The notes under the pieces: generated by a model
Databases searched by the model: none
What the model was told of the DNA's origin: nothing
What the model saw: only the letters and a program-made list of their open reading frames with translations
Program-made: the position numbers and the translations under genes
Assembly: GCA_000165425.1 (NCBI GenBank)
Contig: CT868006.1
Location: 124,001-188,000 of the forward strand
DNA: 64,000 nt
Reading direction: 5' to 3'
Origin: Paramecium tetraurelia
Lineage: Eukaryota
Shown: positions 1 to 13,937 of the stretch, in pieces
Layout: each line of letters opens with the position of its first letter
Position numbering within the stretch: the first letter of the stretch is position 1

Positions 1-164
1 AAAAGACTGAAGAATTGACAAAGAATGCTGATATCATCTTTAAATATAGTAGAAATGTTCATAGGGCAACAAGAGGTAGCGAATTTAGACTCGGAGGAAA
101 AGTCTTAATTCTGTCTTTGGTAATATTTGCAATTTTGAGCTTATACATCTATTATCAAATTTGA
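1..164 (+). CDS. 3' end of an R-SNARE (synaptobrevin/VAMP7-like), partial
   Basis: The frame from nt 3 reads KTEELTKNADIIFKYSRNVHR..., then a C-terminal hydrophobic anchor VLILSLVIFAILSLYIYYQI and TGA at 162-164. Confidence 0.7.
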   Translation, partial: KTEELTKNADIIFKYSRNVHRATRGSEFRLGGKVLILSLVIFAILSLYIYYQI

Positions 165-825
165 CACTTATTTTTAAATATATTCGCTGTCATTCCCAAT
201 ATAATTTATTGTATATATACTTTGTTTTATATTCAATATTGATAGAAATTATTATAAAATTCATTCTTTTATTATTATACTCTTGAATTCTTAATCTTTA
301 GTAGAATATTTTTACATAAAAAAAATACATCTATATATTGAGGGGGCATCAAAATAGAACCATAACTCCTAAAGCTAATAATTATATAGACCATGATAAG
401 TAAAAATATACAAATTAGATTCATTTGATAGCTACATATGGTTTGATTCCTAAAATTTAATAAAATGAATTTATAAATCCCTCGATTTAAATTTATAGGT
501 ATTAGTATAAAAAGAATGTATTCTATATATATAAAAATAGAACTAAAATTAATTTTCATGCATATTTTAAATTCAGGATGTAAACATTGGAGCAATTATT
601 TGATTAAAATTAATTAAATATATATAATTTAAGGTTTAGTTATCAGTTATAATTTTGACATATTCTATTGATTAGCCATATTATTCTTTCATATTTCCCA
701 GAATTAGAGTAAAATGCATTTGTATCTAATTTAAAATCATATTACAATATCTATGCTATATGTTTATGTTATTTCCACAATTTAAATCCTTATTTCAAAA
801 GATTAGATTTATTTTTTGAGAGAAT

Positions 826-832
826 AAAAAAA
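826..832 (-). terminator. Pol III oligo-T terminator of tRNA-Ile
   Basis: T7 on the minus strand immediately follows the tRNA discriminator base. Confidence 0.85.
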
Positions 833-906
833 TGGTCTCGGAGGGGATCGAACCCTCGACCGTCAGCTTATTAGACTGACGCTCTAACCAACTGAGCTAC
901 GAGACC
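833..906 (-). tRNA. tRNA-Ile (anticodon AAT), intronless
   Basis: Minus strand GGTCTCGTAGCTCAGTTGGTTAGAGCGTCAGTCTAATAAGCTGACGGTCGAGGGTTCGATCCCCTCCGAGACCA. It has acceptor stem GGTCTCG/CGAGACC, a D arm, anticodon loop CT-AAT-AA and T loop GTTCGAT. Confidence 0.97.
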
Positions 907-1077
907 TGTCTTAATTATACTTTTAGATTTTTGAATTTAAGCTAGTAAGATTAAAGATCTAATCAGTGCAAACGATAAAATCCAATTAAATAGCCTAATT
1001 ATTTTTAATATTAATAGAGATTAAAACATTTAAATGATAGAACAATAAATCATGATTCATTAATTATTTAATTATTT

Positions 1078-3949
1078 ATGAAATTCCTCTCTATCAAAAA
1101 TATATTTGAATTTAAAGACAATCATATAGATGGAGTCAGAAACAATCTATTCAAAAATATAAGTAATCAGAATTTAGATTTAAGATTAACTTTAGGGCTT
1201 GGGATTACCGGATGTTTGTATTGTAACTAAATAGTAGCCAACTCATGTGATGAAATCCACTTTTGAGACCTAATCCTCGTTTCATTTTATTTAAGGGTTG
1301 TGTCCTCAATCGTAGGCTGATGTTTTTGCATACCTTCAAACGATTTTACAAAATTTAGAAAAATCAGAGCATTAAGGCTTGTTCTCTAAAAATTAGACTA
1401 TTTCAAAAGTAAAATAGTTCCTCTAGATAGTTAACTTATATTTGTTACGATATTTTTTCCAAGACTTTCTTGGTGTGCGAGATTTAAGTGTTTCTGGAAG
1501 GGCAACATAAATCAAAAACATTCGGAGTATAAGAGAATCAGCAATACATATTACCGACTAGGTAGCATTGGCAAGGAGTTTATATAAGTAGTATATTAAG
1601 AGCAATTGATGAAGAATTTAAGCTAGCAAGCGTTGGTAGATTCTTTAATAATATAAACTTAAAAAACAATATAAAGTTGTCTGAAGTAATACAGATGCTT
1701 TTAGAATTAATAACAACTAATGTAAGCCTTTTTTAAGACCTTGACAAAATTAGCTCAATAAAAGATTTTCCTGAACTTAAAGATGTTTTGTATTATTTAT
1801 GTTGGCCTTTGGAAATTTTAGTTTCGTATTTAGAGAAATCTAATTAACTATAAATATTAATAATAGAATTAGATAACATAGAAGATAGCATAGTATTTTA
1901 TTTGATTAAAAGCATTTTGTTCTATAAAATGAAGTAACTATGATATTTAAATTAGAAATTACGAAAAATCTCTATAATGCTTGGTACATATATCTTGTAT
2001 CTGTTCACAATTTAATCTTGTTAAATACATATTTGGAAAGGTCCTCATTAAACTTGGTAGGCATAAATAAGCTTTCTTGATGCTAAAAGACACTTTAGTG
2101 AGCTCCTATGAGAATTAAATAGTTTGGATTACTTTGGTATGTATATCATCCTATTTTAGGCTTCAATATTTAGAAAGAAAAAAAATTATCAAGTATGTCT
2201 GAGCCTATTAAACAAAGCAGCAGAATTCTAGGTAAAAAGAACAAGAAAAAGTTTTTGGCGAGAAATTCACATATAGAATTATCGAGTATTGACTCAAGAC
2301 TCTTCAATCGTTAATCTTACTGATTTAGATAAAGTCTATACTGTAATCAATCCTATTCAAGTAAATAAAATTGAAAGTTTCTCTTAATTGAGTAATCATC
2401 CAGTACTTGAATAGCTACTATTGAGACAGAGAACTTTAGATAAAAAAGAATTAAAAGTATTGAATTATTATATTAAAAGAGTTGGCTTCTTTAAGCTCAA
2501 AAATCGCTAAATAATCAGACCTAAAAAATTGACAAGTCAACAATTGAATTCATTTCATCAAATCAACTGCTTGAAAACAAATAAGCACTATCATTATTTC
2601 AAAAAGAAATAATTAGGCTTTCAAATTAGGTGGGACAAAAATAATTGCAAAAATACTTATAACTATATTTCTATAGTCCACCTCATAGTTCTTATTCTTT
2701 TTTTGATACTAAAATAGATAATAATTGTTTCCAAATAAAGTTAAAAAACAAGAATTTAAATAATTTGTAAAAAGTAATATTTTATTAATATCATAATAGA
2801 GAGATCCTGCTAACTACACTACAATTTCTTTAGGAGATATTGATTCGGATGAGGAAACGGAACCTGTATTTTTAAAGTAAAACTTAAACAAAACTTTTGA
2901 CTTTACGAATGCTTGTTCTCAATCTACCTTGTAATCTCCAAATTCAAAAAAGAAGCAATCAAATACTAAAATTTCACAACAATTATTGCAAAAATCAGTT
3001 AGCAAAACATATTAGGTAATTCAAGAGAATGCTTTCGAGAGTGTTGAATCCGAAAGAGATTGTGCAAAACAATATAAAGAATTTGGTATTGGAATTTTTT
3101 AAAAAAAGAAAACAATGGAAACATTAAGTGAACAAAGTTTAACAAAAGATGTTAAAGTTAAAATGTTTGGATTGATTGATCATTTGGGTCAAAATATTCC
3201 TTAGGATAAACAAAATGAAATGTGTGATTAAATTAAAAGGAAAAAGGATACTTTACATACTGCACTTTTAGAATTTATAGATTAAATTTCGGTGACTTAA
3301 AACATTCTCGATGATTTATTTTACAACAGCAACCAAAAAACAAAGACTTTCTAAACATCTATACAATCATCTTTCAATTGTTCTGAAAAGCAAACTCCAA
3401 AACCAAAAATACCATAGATCTTTAAATCCTAATTAAAAGAATCTGTGATGAAAAAAAATTATCTGAAAAAAAAAATAGATATTAAAGATATTTATAATTT
3501 GTATGGATTATAGCTTTAAGATAATGATGAATGGTCAACCTATTTTTAATTTACTAAGCAAGAATCAATATTTCTTTATAAGTGTAGCAAGATAGCTATG
3601 AGACTCAAATAATAGGAATTAGCATAAAAACTTCTTGAAAAAATAAATGCCCGTGTTATTTCTGTTTAAATTTCGTATTCATTATTACAAATCTATAAGG
3701 ATGATCATTCATAATTAATTTAATTGTAAGTACTTTATATATTTTAGAATCTAAAAAATAATGGTTGATTTCATAGAGTGTGGAATCTCAAAAATAGAAT
3801 CAATGCCTTTATGGATTGAAATTCATTTGATTCGATTAATCAAATTAAAAGGATCTAATTATGTTTTGGGATTACTAGGATAATTAGAAAATGAAGATGC
3901 ATTTTAATTGATGAAAAAGATTGTTCTATAAACTGAAAACCTTCTTTGA
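1078..3949 (+). CDS. ChAPs (Chs5p-Arf1p-binding, exomer cargo adaptor)-like protein with TPR-like helical region
   Basis: N-terminal motifs LQGLGLPDV, SFHFIQGL..ADVFAYL, TYICYDIFS and HWQGVYISSILRAID parallel the ChAPs signature (LGPPDL, YHYVTG, YCCYNAFS, WLETYLSSVLRA). A TPR-like region follows, with several tiny introns and TGA at 3947-3949. Confidence 0.7.
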
Positions 3950-4163
3950 AAAAAATTTGTTGATTATTATTATTTTGTGTGTGTATTGTTATATTTAAAT
4001 TACCATATTTTATTACAACAGCTAATTCAGATTATTTTTAGTTTTGTTAAATAACTTGTTTGATCTTATTAAAATATAAAGTTTTTATACCAAATAATTA
4101 CTAAGAATCAATCAATAATTTAAACATAATACTATAAGAAACGTATTAATTTAAGATATACAA

Positions 4164-5710
4164 TCAAACAATTGTTTATTGAACAGAATTTCTAGCCTAA
4201 AATCTAGACTTGTTGAAATTTAATTGAGCATATTCTTGAGTCTCACTTTTTTTTAATTTTGAGCTTTTTCGTATTGTTTGATTGGTTGGAATTTGAGAAT
4301 CCTTTTTCAATACTTTGAAATTGGGAATAGCACTAATGTGAGGAGATTCATGGTCTACTTACAATTCATCTGGATACTTTTCAATTTCATTGATTTCTTT
4401 TTAAAGAGGCTTATTGCTTCTCTCTCCAGGTGTGGGACCTTATATTGACTTTTTTTTAGCTAATTATTATTCATCATTGTGAGTAATGTCACTTTAAAAA
4501 TAAGGATGAGATAGAGCTGTTTCTGCACTAATTCTTTTTTCTGGATCAATTTCAAGCAGATTTTTCAAAAGATCTATTTCTTCTGGAGTTAGCTTATATA
4601 ATTGAAGTATTTTTAGGTCAATGTTGCAGATTTTATTTAACCTTAGGATCTCGTTGGATGTTTTTCCTGGAAATAAGTCTCGGGTTGTAACTCTATTAAA
4701 ATACTAAAAAACATTAGCTTTACAATTTAAAGAAAATACATCCAATACTAAAAAGATCTACCTTTTCATTATAGCTGTCTTTGAATTTTTCTGGTGCTGC
4801 ATAACCAGGAGTTCCACAAACTCTTAAATCTTATGAAGGATTAATAGGCACAGCTAAATCAAATTCGGTTAATTTTAGTCCTTCTAAGGAATCTTTATTT
4901 TTGAATACGATATTTGTAGGTTTAATATCTCTATGCATTATATTACTGGAATGGATATCTCTAACAGCAGTAATTAATTGCTATAATATTGATAATTTAT
5001 ATTACTTTCATAATTATTAATATTTAAGTTTTATCCAAAGCGACATTCATAATTAATTCATACAAGTTAGCTCCCTCCAAATATTCTTAAATCAAATATA
5101 CAGTATTCTCTCCATTAAATACTTCGTGTAGATTTTACACATAATCAGATCTAATATTTATTAAGCAAGAAATCTCGTTATGAATTCGTGTCTTATTTTA
5201 AATGCAATATGTACAATAGAATCTTCAAATTAATTTTTGGCAAGACATTTTATTTCGTATGAACTGCCATTTATCATGTCGATACATAAATATACCTAAA
5301 TGTTGATTATGAATTACTTCATCAAAATTTCCTTCGCCTAACTAATGCATAGGTTTGTAAAGCTAACTAACTGATGAATACATAATTCTATTTCTTATAA
5401 TTTATCGCAATTTAAAAAGGTCTTCATGAGATGATTGGAATTATTTCTCCATGTTGTTCCATATAATGCTAAAGCTTGTTAGTTATTTCATTTGATTTAA
5501 CTGCCATGAAATGGTGTAATTTAAATCTAATTCAATGATGTATTTCGGATCCTTGCCAATCTATGTAATTTTTAATGCATACCTAACTTAGAGTAATCTT
5601 AGTTGAAAGCAACTGAAGAACATATTTCTAATCAAAAAAAGTATGCTATCGAATACAAATGAAGCTTAGCTAAGATTCCATAAATTAAATAATAGATTTT
5701 TATATTTCAT
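4164..5710 (-). CDS. CAMK-group-like Ser/Thr kinase with atypical motifs (candidate pseudokinase)
   Basis: Motifs are LGEGNFDE, YEIK, HRDIKPTN, TEFDLA (in place of DFG), CGTPGYAAPE and DLFSIG. Tiny introns are present. Confidence 0.88.
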
Positions 5711-6900
5711 TTAATTAGTTTGAACCTAAATGCTTTTTCTATTTTAGATAATCAAAGATGATTATTTCTAATTATTAAATTTTAATTTAAAGACTTTGAT
5801 GAATCCAAGAAAATTAGAGCATCTTAATTCCAAATATTGAGTATTGCATTGTGTTTAAGATAAAAGATTTCTAGATTTTTTTTCATTTTTACCTCTCAAA
5901 TATAAATTTGCTATTTATTGGATAAAAAATACAATAAATTAAATTATCAAAATTTATTACTTGCAAGTTTTCATTACTTTGGTATGATGTTTTAAGAATA
6001 TATTTATTAGTTTTGATATCTAACTATTTTTAAATATAATCTAAATACTTTTAAGATCATTCATTTAATATGGTATTAGTCTATTAATTAAAATTTGCAT
6101 CTAAATAATCAAGCAATTCTTTACTATTTGCAATGGATTGTAATGCTAATAATCAAGATATGCATTTATTCTAAAATATTGAATAAAATCCATTTAAATT
6201 TAATCTTAATTATCATATCAATACATATTTAGGTGTTTAATTAGATACCTATTCAATTGATATCAATACATTTACAATCATTTAAATACTAAAAAGTAAA
6301 CTAATAAAATTTAGATTGTTTGAGAAAAAAAGAAAAATCAATAAAATAATAGTCTTTATTAAAAAACATTCAATTAGTTCGAAGGATTGAATCAAAAATC
6401 TATAGGGTATAATACCATATTGAGGATATTTAAATTATTGAATTAATAAAACGTTTTAGAGCACATGATATATAAATTGTTGTTGTCGGTTATAAAAAAG
6501 TGGTAGTGTCATTATGTTTTTTGATAATCAAAGATAGATATATTTAATTTGATATTAAATGATATCCTATTTATGATTGAAATAGTAAGATCAAATGTAA
6601 ATTGAAAATTGATATATTTTCCATTTTATCTACATATTTCAAGACACCAAACAAAATCTTGGAATTTGGATCACATAATTAATTTTGAATTTTATCAATA
6701 TATTGATTTATCACTTCTATTTATTAACATTCTGCTGGCCATACTGAGAATGATTGTTTGTATAAGGATGCAAATTATGATGGATAATTTAACATCGCTA
6801 CTATCTATAAAGAATCATAAAGTTTATTTGGGTTATTTTAAGAACTAGGGGTTCTTGATAATTAGGTTTATTATAAATTTTAATTTTATTTGATAATTAA

Positions 6901-7600
6901 ATGAGTGGAAATAAGAAGATGGATGCTTTGATTAGCATGAAAGCTGAAATCTAGGCATAAAAGGAAGGGCAAGAAAAAATATAAAAATTATGTTTTGAAA
7001 ACATCAACATTGGATAATTTACAAATGAAACATTAAAATTATTGTCAAAATATAATGATTTAAGTAAAAATGATGAATAAAGAAAGTATGTTTGGAATTT
7101 AATGATTGCAAATTGTCATCTTTGGATAATTTGATAGGATTCCCAAATCTAACAAAATTACGATTATGCAATAATTATTTGGATAAGAATAGTCTCCAAC
7201 ATATTATTTAGCATTTTCCAAAAGTGACACACTTAGACATAAGTGGAAACAAAAAAATAAGCGAAGATGTATTTTATTATTTGAATAAAAAAAGGATCTT
7301 AAAGTTTTGGTTGACTTAAAAGAATTATAGCATTTAGTGTTTAATGACAAAGATACAAATAGAGCACTCTTGTTTGAATAGATTCCATAGTTGAGTTACA
7401 TTGATCATAAGGACAAGGCTGGAAATGAGATTGAGGATGAGGAAAACGAAGATGAAGAAGATGAGGATGAAGAGGATGAAGATGAGGAAGATGAAGAGGA
7501 AGAAGATGATGAAGATGATGAAGATGAAGATGGAGAAAGTGCTGAAGAAGCAGAGGAATCTGAAGTTGAATAGGCAGTTTAGAAAAAGAAAAAAATATGA
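6901..7600 (+). CDS. ANP32-like acidic leucine-rich-repeat nuclear protein
   Basis: LRRs (LSSLDNL..FPNLTKLRLCNN, VTHLDISGN), an LRR cap (LFEQIPQLSYID), a long D/E tail and C-terminal basic KKKKI*. Confidence 0.85.
7431..7530 (+). repeat. GAR/GAY low-complexity tract encoding the acidic D/E tail
   Basis: (GAA/GAT/GAG)n lies in frame with the ANP32-like CDS. Confidence 0.9.
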
Positions 7601-7648
7601 TGAGAAAATATTAAAAATAAATATAGACTCATTTTTTAGATGGTTCAG

Positions 7649-9567
7649 TCAATAAACTTTAATAAAATTTTAGGTTGGTAACACTTTTTGTATTTTTGAG
7701 TGTATCATTTGAACATATCACTGATGATAGTTATGATTATGATTATTGGGATAATAGTGATTGTTAACTATTCTGAGAATTTTTAGTTCTCTTTCTTACT
7801 AAAGAATCGATTGTGTCTTTGGTAACTTAGGTAGATGAGTTTTTATCAAATTCATATACTTTGTATCTTTTCTATTGATAGAAAAAGGCACTTTCAAACA
7901 TGGGCGTAAATTAAGTAATCAATTTCTGCTCCCTGTTTAATTATTCAAATAATATTCTATCGTTTGTTGTAGGCTATTTAAATGATAATTTGGTTATATC
8001 AGGAATGTAAGGAGGATCTATTTTTTTTTGAATGTACTTGGTAATGTCAATGTCTTAGAACCAAGGATGTGCCAGTATATCATCAATTCCATTCTTCGAT
8101 CCCAATCTCTTACTTGGATCCTTAATCATCAATAACCGAATTAGGTCTTTGACTTCTGGACTTAACTTTTTGGGGAATGTCACCTATTCATTCAACAATC
8201 TGGTGTAAATGATGTTTTTATCTTCACAATAAAAGGGGGGGAGTCCCGTAACAAATTCATATAATAATGCTCCTAAACAATAATAATCAACTAAATAATT
8301 ATGTCCATCATTATGGAACATCTCAGGCGCCATGTACTCGGGAGAACCACAAAATGAATATGCATTTTATTCTGGTTGCATGTTGGGTCTTGCCAAACCA
8401 AAATCAGCCAATTAAATATGTCCTGTTATATCAATTAACACATTTTCCGGTTTTAAATCACGATAGATCATTTGTTAGTGGTGTAGAAACCCAAGGGCTA
8501 AACAGACTTCTGTGATGTAAAATCTGGCTTTGTGACTCCGTCATCTTTTAAACTCTTTTCATATAACTAAACATTTCTCCACCAGGACAATAGTCAATGC
8601 CAAAGATTATCCAATTTTTGGTTTCAAATACAAATTATATCTTTGATGTGAATAACGAACCTTTGTTTGTAGTTTCTATAAGTATATCTCTTTCATTCTA
8701 AACTAAGTCCTGCTTCTCATTTTGGATGACAAAGCTTTTGCTGATAAACTTTAAGGCGACGAAATTACCATCAATTAATGATCGAGATAAAATAACTGTT
8801 GAGAATCCACCTCTGCCTATTACATGTAAAAACTAAAAGCAACTTAAATTCAATAGTTTTGGTGGAGATATACCAATAATGGGTTTCAACCTTATGGTTT
8901 TTCCAATCATGTGGATCATTGGGAGAGAGGGAATTGTGAGATAATAATCAAGCCCAATATTTTCATCCAATGTTGCAAATCCAATTACTTGGTAACTGCC
9001 TGATTTACTTTTTAATACACTCAGCATTTTATCCGTAGTTACATTGGGATTAAATCTGTGATTTTGGGTAACTTCTGAGGAGTAGTGAACGTAGACAGAA
9101 ATTTCTTATTTAGGCATTTTATCAATGGATGAAGATTTCCCTCCTGCTTAAATAGAACTGGTTAGAAGATCTTCGACACTGCTTCTGCGAGTCATTGAAC
9201 CTTTTTCTAAGATGAGTTTATTTTTGTTCGTCAATTTTTAGTTTAGAATTAAGTTGATTCCCTTTGATATTTATTGAAATGGGAAATTTGTTTCAGTTGG
9301 AACTTTCGAAGTTTTTACTTATGGTTTAGGTTTATCTCTAGAATTTGATCGCTGCTAACTATGCACTCTCTCTGTTAAGCTGCCATGATTAACCTTACGA
9401 GCAGAATCTTGTTTCACCAAATCCTTCAATATAATTTGCGACAGATTTCTTTGAATGAATTTTAAGGGAGATTGTGATGCATTTTTGCTAGTTTGATTCT
9501 TGGTACTCATCTAAAAGTTTTATATTACACGAGCGGGTGACATTATCTAACCACTTCGTTATCTCAT
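7649..9567 (-). CDS. AGC-family Ser/Thr protein kinase (PKB/SGK-like)
   Basis: Motifs are IGRGGFSTV, VALK, YRDLKPEN, ADFGLA, FCGSPEYMAPE, GLPPFY, RLG and HPWF, followed by the AGC tail PPYIP. Confidence 0.93.
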
Positions 9568-9861
9568 TTATTGTTATCAAATAAAAAAAATTATTATTAT
9601 TTACATTTATCGATAGGTAAAAATAAACAGATCAAAATTGCTATTGATATTCACATTCTATTTGTAATTGCCAAACAAATTAGCATCTTAATAGTATTTA
9701 GACTATTTATATTAATTAAATAAAAGAATGTCATTCTATATTATTACTATTCTTAAGTGAAAAGTGCCAATAACTTATTAATTCATAATGATAATTAGAA
9801 TGAATTTGGTAATTAAATTTAACTTTTATCATATATAATTTTATTGATATTTCTAAAAATA

Positions 9862-11218
9862 TCAACTCATTCTAATTTAATATTCTCCATTTTATGTAAT
9901 ATATCTGACCCATGGCAATGCATTGTATCCACTTTTATCTTGAATCTTTAAATATCTGACCTAGAATCCAGAGACAGTAAAGTAGGGAATTTCAAAAGTG
10001 ATATTGATAGGCATCTTCTAAAATTTATCTCTGTTTGGTGACACAATCCTATATAAAAGTTTATATCTATATTTATACGTTGGGAGATGGAAAACAGCAT
10101 TCATCATGAAGTCTCTTTAACCTCCAAATTACTTGATACTCCAACACATTGCCTCCTTATCAGGCATATAATTGACAGAACCATGAGCAGTTCTGAATTG
10201 AGGTTACTCGGCATCATCAGGTACTGGAACAAATATCTGACATTAATAATGAAAGTGTTACTTCCACATTGTTGGCTGTGCTCTTGGGCTTGAAATTGGA
10301 CTTGGCTTTAACTAAGAATTCAATCTTTGTTGCTGATTTCCTCTCAATCAGGACATCCACTGAAAAGAGTGGCTTCACTCTTATATCTAATCTATAAGAA
10401 ATCAATTCGAAATCGCCATCTGGAGGGATGAATTAAATGACTCTTTCATTTTCAAATTTAGACAATCTCACACATTAATGGAACTTGATATCATCAAATT
10501 CAACTGCTCTTGCTCTGGCTTGACGTCCTTGTGCTTCAAAAAATGCTTTATCGTTCAAACCCAATTTCAACTCAGGCATTCCACTCAACATACATTTCAC
10601 CTACACTTATCCTATGATCTCACTCTTTATCACGTTTCCTTGTTGACCGATTAGCATATTCAATTTCTCAATGACATCCAAGAACACTTCATTCTTCTTG
10701 TATTTGATTCCCTCCTTTCTCCATGATATCTTATTAGAAACCAATGCAACCACATTGAAATTGGCTGGTTCTGGTTACTTTTTCTCTTTCAATTAGAAAC
10801 TTTCAGTTTTTATGAATTCTTTCAAAATTTTAAATTCTGTCGTTTACGGATATCCATTATCAAGCATTTCATCTAGCAATTCATAAACTACTACAAAATT
10901 ATCTCGAATTGACTCTTCCTCCACGTTTACAAAATATTCCTATAACACCTACACCAATCTGAATAAGAATGAAAAAATCATCAAACAATTAGCATTTTAA
11001 GAGCACACTGTCATAAATATTAAATTGTTATGCCTTATAAATATGTATGTATATCCATCCTTATCGATCATCACAGGCTTCTGAGTATATTCATCATATT
11101 CCAATAATTTTTTATTAAATGTTTCATGAATATTTGCAGGCAATTCATTTCTATATTGCCTTGAAATCAGAACTCTTCCCTTCTGATCCAAAATGTAAAT
11201 CGATGAAATTCCAAACAT
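9862..11218 (-). CDS. AP1M: AP-1 adaptor complex mu subunit
   Basis: [89 protein letters not shown]. Introns lie near 10049-10078 and 10238-10262. Confidence 0.96.
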
Positions 11219-11651
11219 TATTAATAATAAAACACGTCAAATTAAAATAATTTGTATATATGCACAATATCTAAGTTCTTCAAATAAATAATATTACTTA
11301 TAATTAAAAAATAAATTTTAATTGTTCCATTATTCACAAATAGAATTTGCATATGATCTCAAAGTTAAGGTATACAATAAATGCATTTCTCCTATTATTG
11401 ATTTGCCATATTTATGTTTGAGGAATTTAATTCATGAGAAAAAGTTCATTGTTCCTATGAAATTCTAGAATAAATATGAATTCTTTAAAGATATATGATT
11501 GTTTAGAAATTCAATACATGATTTAGAAAATTATTTTGTAAATGATATAGAACCAAGAAATTAAATATGGAAAAGAAGATTCAAAAATATAAAAATGTTA
11601 CTTCTTATGAGAGTTGATGATCTTTAGTCTAAATTAATAATAAATTTTAAT

Positions 11652-13937
11652 TCAAAATCCTTATTTAACTATTTGACCAGCTTTGGATAAATTAGCTGAA
11701 GACTTTTTACTCAAAATTGACATCAGTTCATTTTAAAGGGATACTGATAGATTGTTTTTTTAAGGAGGGGAGGAATCTGTTCTAAATTTATTGACTGATT
11801 ATTCTTCAGATTGCTATAAGTATACTTATTATTGTTAAGCAGTTGAAAAGTTGACTTTTTCGGATAATTCCTATTCCAATTACTAAACATATTCATCCAA
11901 TTAATAAACTCTAGTTTACAAGGAACTTAATTATTATTTATAATAGTCGATTTAACCTACAACTGAATTTTTCTTAAGAATATCTTCCTTTGCAAAATTT
12001 AAAATTTAATAGTAACTTTAAGAATTTATAGATCTCCCTTAATATTTCAAATCGTATTTATTTATTTAATACTTTAATTCCTTAAGCATCTTATTAACGA
12101 TATTAAAATCTGTTTACTTTCCTTCTTCTATTTCATGAAATATTGGTATGAACTTTTCAAAGGTCTAATCAATGACTTCATTAGCTTCAAATTCAAGATT
12201 CACTACTTCATCTTTAATATACAAGGCCTTTTTCAGTTTCTTAACAAAAATAATTGCATATGCTACTTTTCTGAATCTCAAGTAAACATTGTTACTCCTA
12301 GCCTAGAATTCATTCCTAAGCAAAACAAAATAATGGATGTAATTTGAATATTGAATAAATTATGAGAACAAAAATTAACTTCTCTTATTTTTAAGTAAGT
12401 AGGATAATAAACTATAACTTAAAGCCACCTTATTTTAAGAAATAGCTTTTCTTACCAGTAGCTCCTCGAATTCGACTTAAAGTTAGATATATTAATTATT
12501 AAGTTCTTCAAATTCCTATGCCAAATCCTATTTCTATAATAAACACTATTAACTCAATTTCTCTTTTTCTAAAATTTATTGATCATATTGATGACATGAT
12601 TCAACAAGCTGATTGATGTATTAGTTATCTTTTTATGCTTTTAAATTTTGCTATTCAAGAGCATCTTGCAATTAATTGATTTTGTCTTCCTATTATTCTA
12701 TTATAATTTGATGCTCTAATTGCAATTAGTCTTTTGCCTTGATGTGTTCAGAATTCAATTGTTCAATTTTATATCTAAGCTACTCACCTACCTTGTGCAT
12801 CTCTTAGATATTTTTGCAAACTTGATCATTTTCATCCTTCAATTGAGTATTCGTAGATATTAAACTTTGGATGATTTCTTTGATATCTATAAAGAATTCC
12901 TCAATTTGTATTTAATTATAACTATATTTCTTCTTCTTTTTAGGGACTGACCTACGACTGGAAGCAGATGAGGACTTTCTACCCTCATACAACCTTTCAT
13001 AGACATTTGATTTCTTTTTGACAACCAAACACTCTGCAATAGTTTCATCAATTTACTATTAAATATAATTAAACAATTTTGAGAATTCTTTGTTTTGCTA
13101 TTCCAATTAATTAGAGTACTCCTTTTGTTGTTTATAGTGATCATTCTAAATTTCGCATTCTTTCCTTAATTTTTCATTGGCCTTATTCATTTCATCAAAT
13201 TATAATCCATAATTCTTCTCACATTCCATTGCAGTCTGAACTTAAATATTGAATTGCTCATTTAACTATTAATTCTTCTTTTCTAAATCCTCAAATTGAA
13301 TCCTCATATATTTCAACTCAACTAACTCTTAATGTTGCTATTCCAATCTCTGTCGATATTCTTCTAACTCTTATTTCAATAGCTCATTCTCTGTTTCCAA
13401 TTATTTGAGCATATTCATTACACTATTCTCAAACTTATTCTTTTCAGTTGTAACCTATTTTAATGATGATTCTGCTTCTTGTTTTTCTTTTTTTAAAATT
13501 GAATTTTTCTTAGTTAATTATTATAATTCATCCTCCAATCCCTTGACTGCATCCTTTATCAACGAGATCTATTCAGTAACCTCTTATTGAGCCATTTACT
13601 TTGTCGATATTTCCTAACTTTAAAATTTGACTTTTTCTAAAAGCTCCTAATTCTTATCTTACACTTCCTTCAATGCAACCAATAATTATTAGTTAAATTA
13701 TTGCAGTTACTTGTTCTTTTTCTGCTAATTGTCAAACATTTGATCATGTTCTTCTTACAGTATAGCAAATTATCGATCCCCATACTCTTTTTATTTGATT
13801 GCCTAACTCAATTATTCCTCCAACTCTTGTAGTCTTTCCTAAAGTATATTGATTGTTTAGTCTTTTATCTAAACATCATTACTCAATAACTTAATCCTAG
13901 TGTAACTTTCCTAGATTGCTTAAACGCTATCGTTCAT
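11652..13937 (-). CDS. Long coiled-coil protein, function unknown
   Basis: A continuous ciliate-code ORF, rich in E/K/Q/L heptads, runs from MNDSVQAIQE to TGA at 11652-11654. Confidence 0.75.

Noticed and set aside
6133..6890. Possible hypothetical gene upstream of ANP32-like
   Set aside because: Only patchy open frames and no consistent exon model. The same applies to 17600-18300, 19730-20460, 40930-41800, 42500-43240 and 46100-46900.
1..11218. Functional trafficking cluster (R-SNARE, ChAPs-like, AP-1 mu)
   Set aside because: The genes are interspersed with unrelated kinases, ANP32 and a tRNA. Proximity in such a gene-dense genome is plausibly chance.
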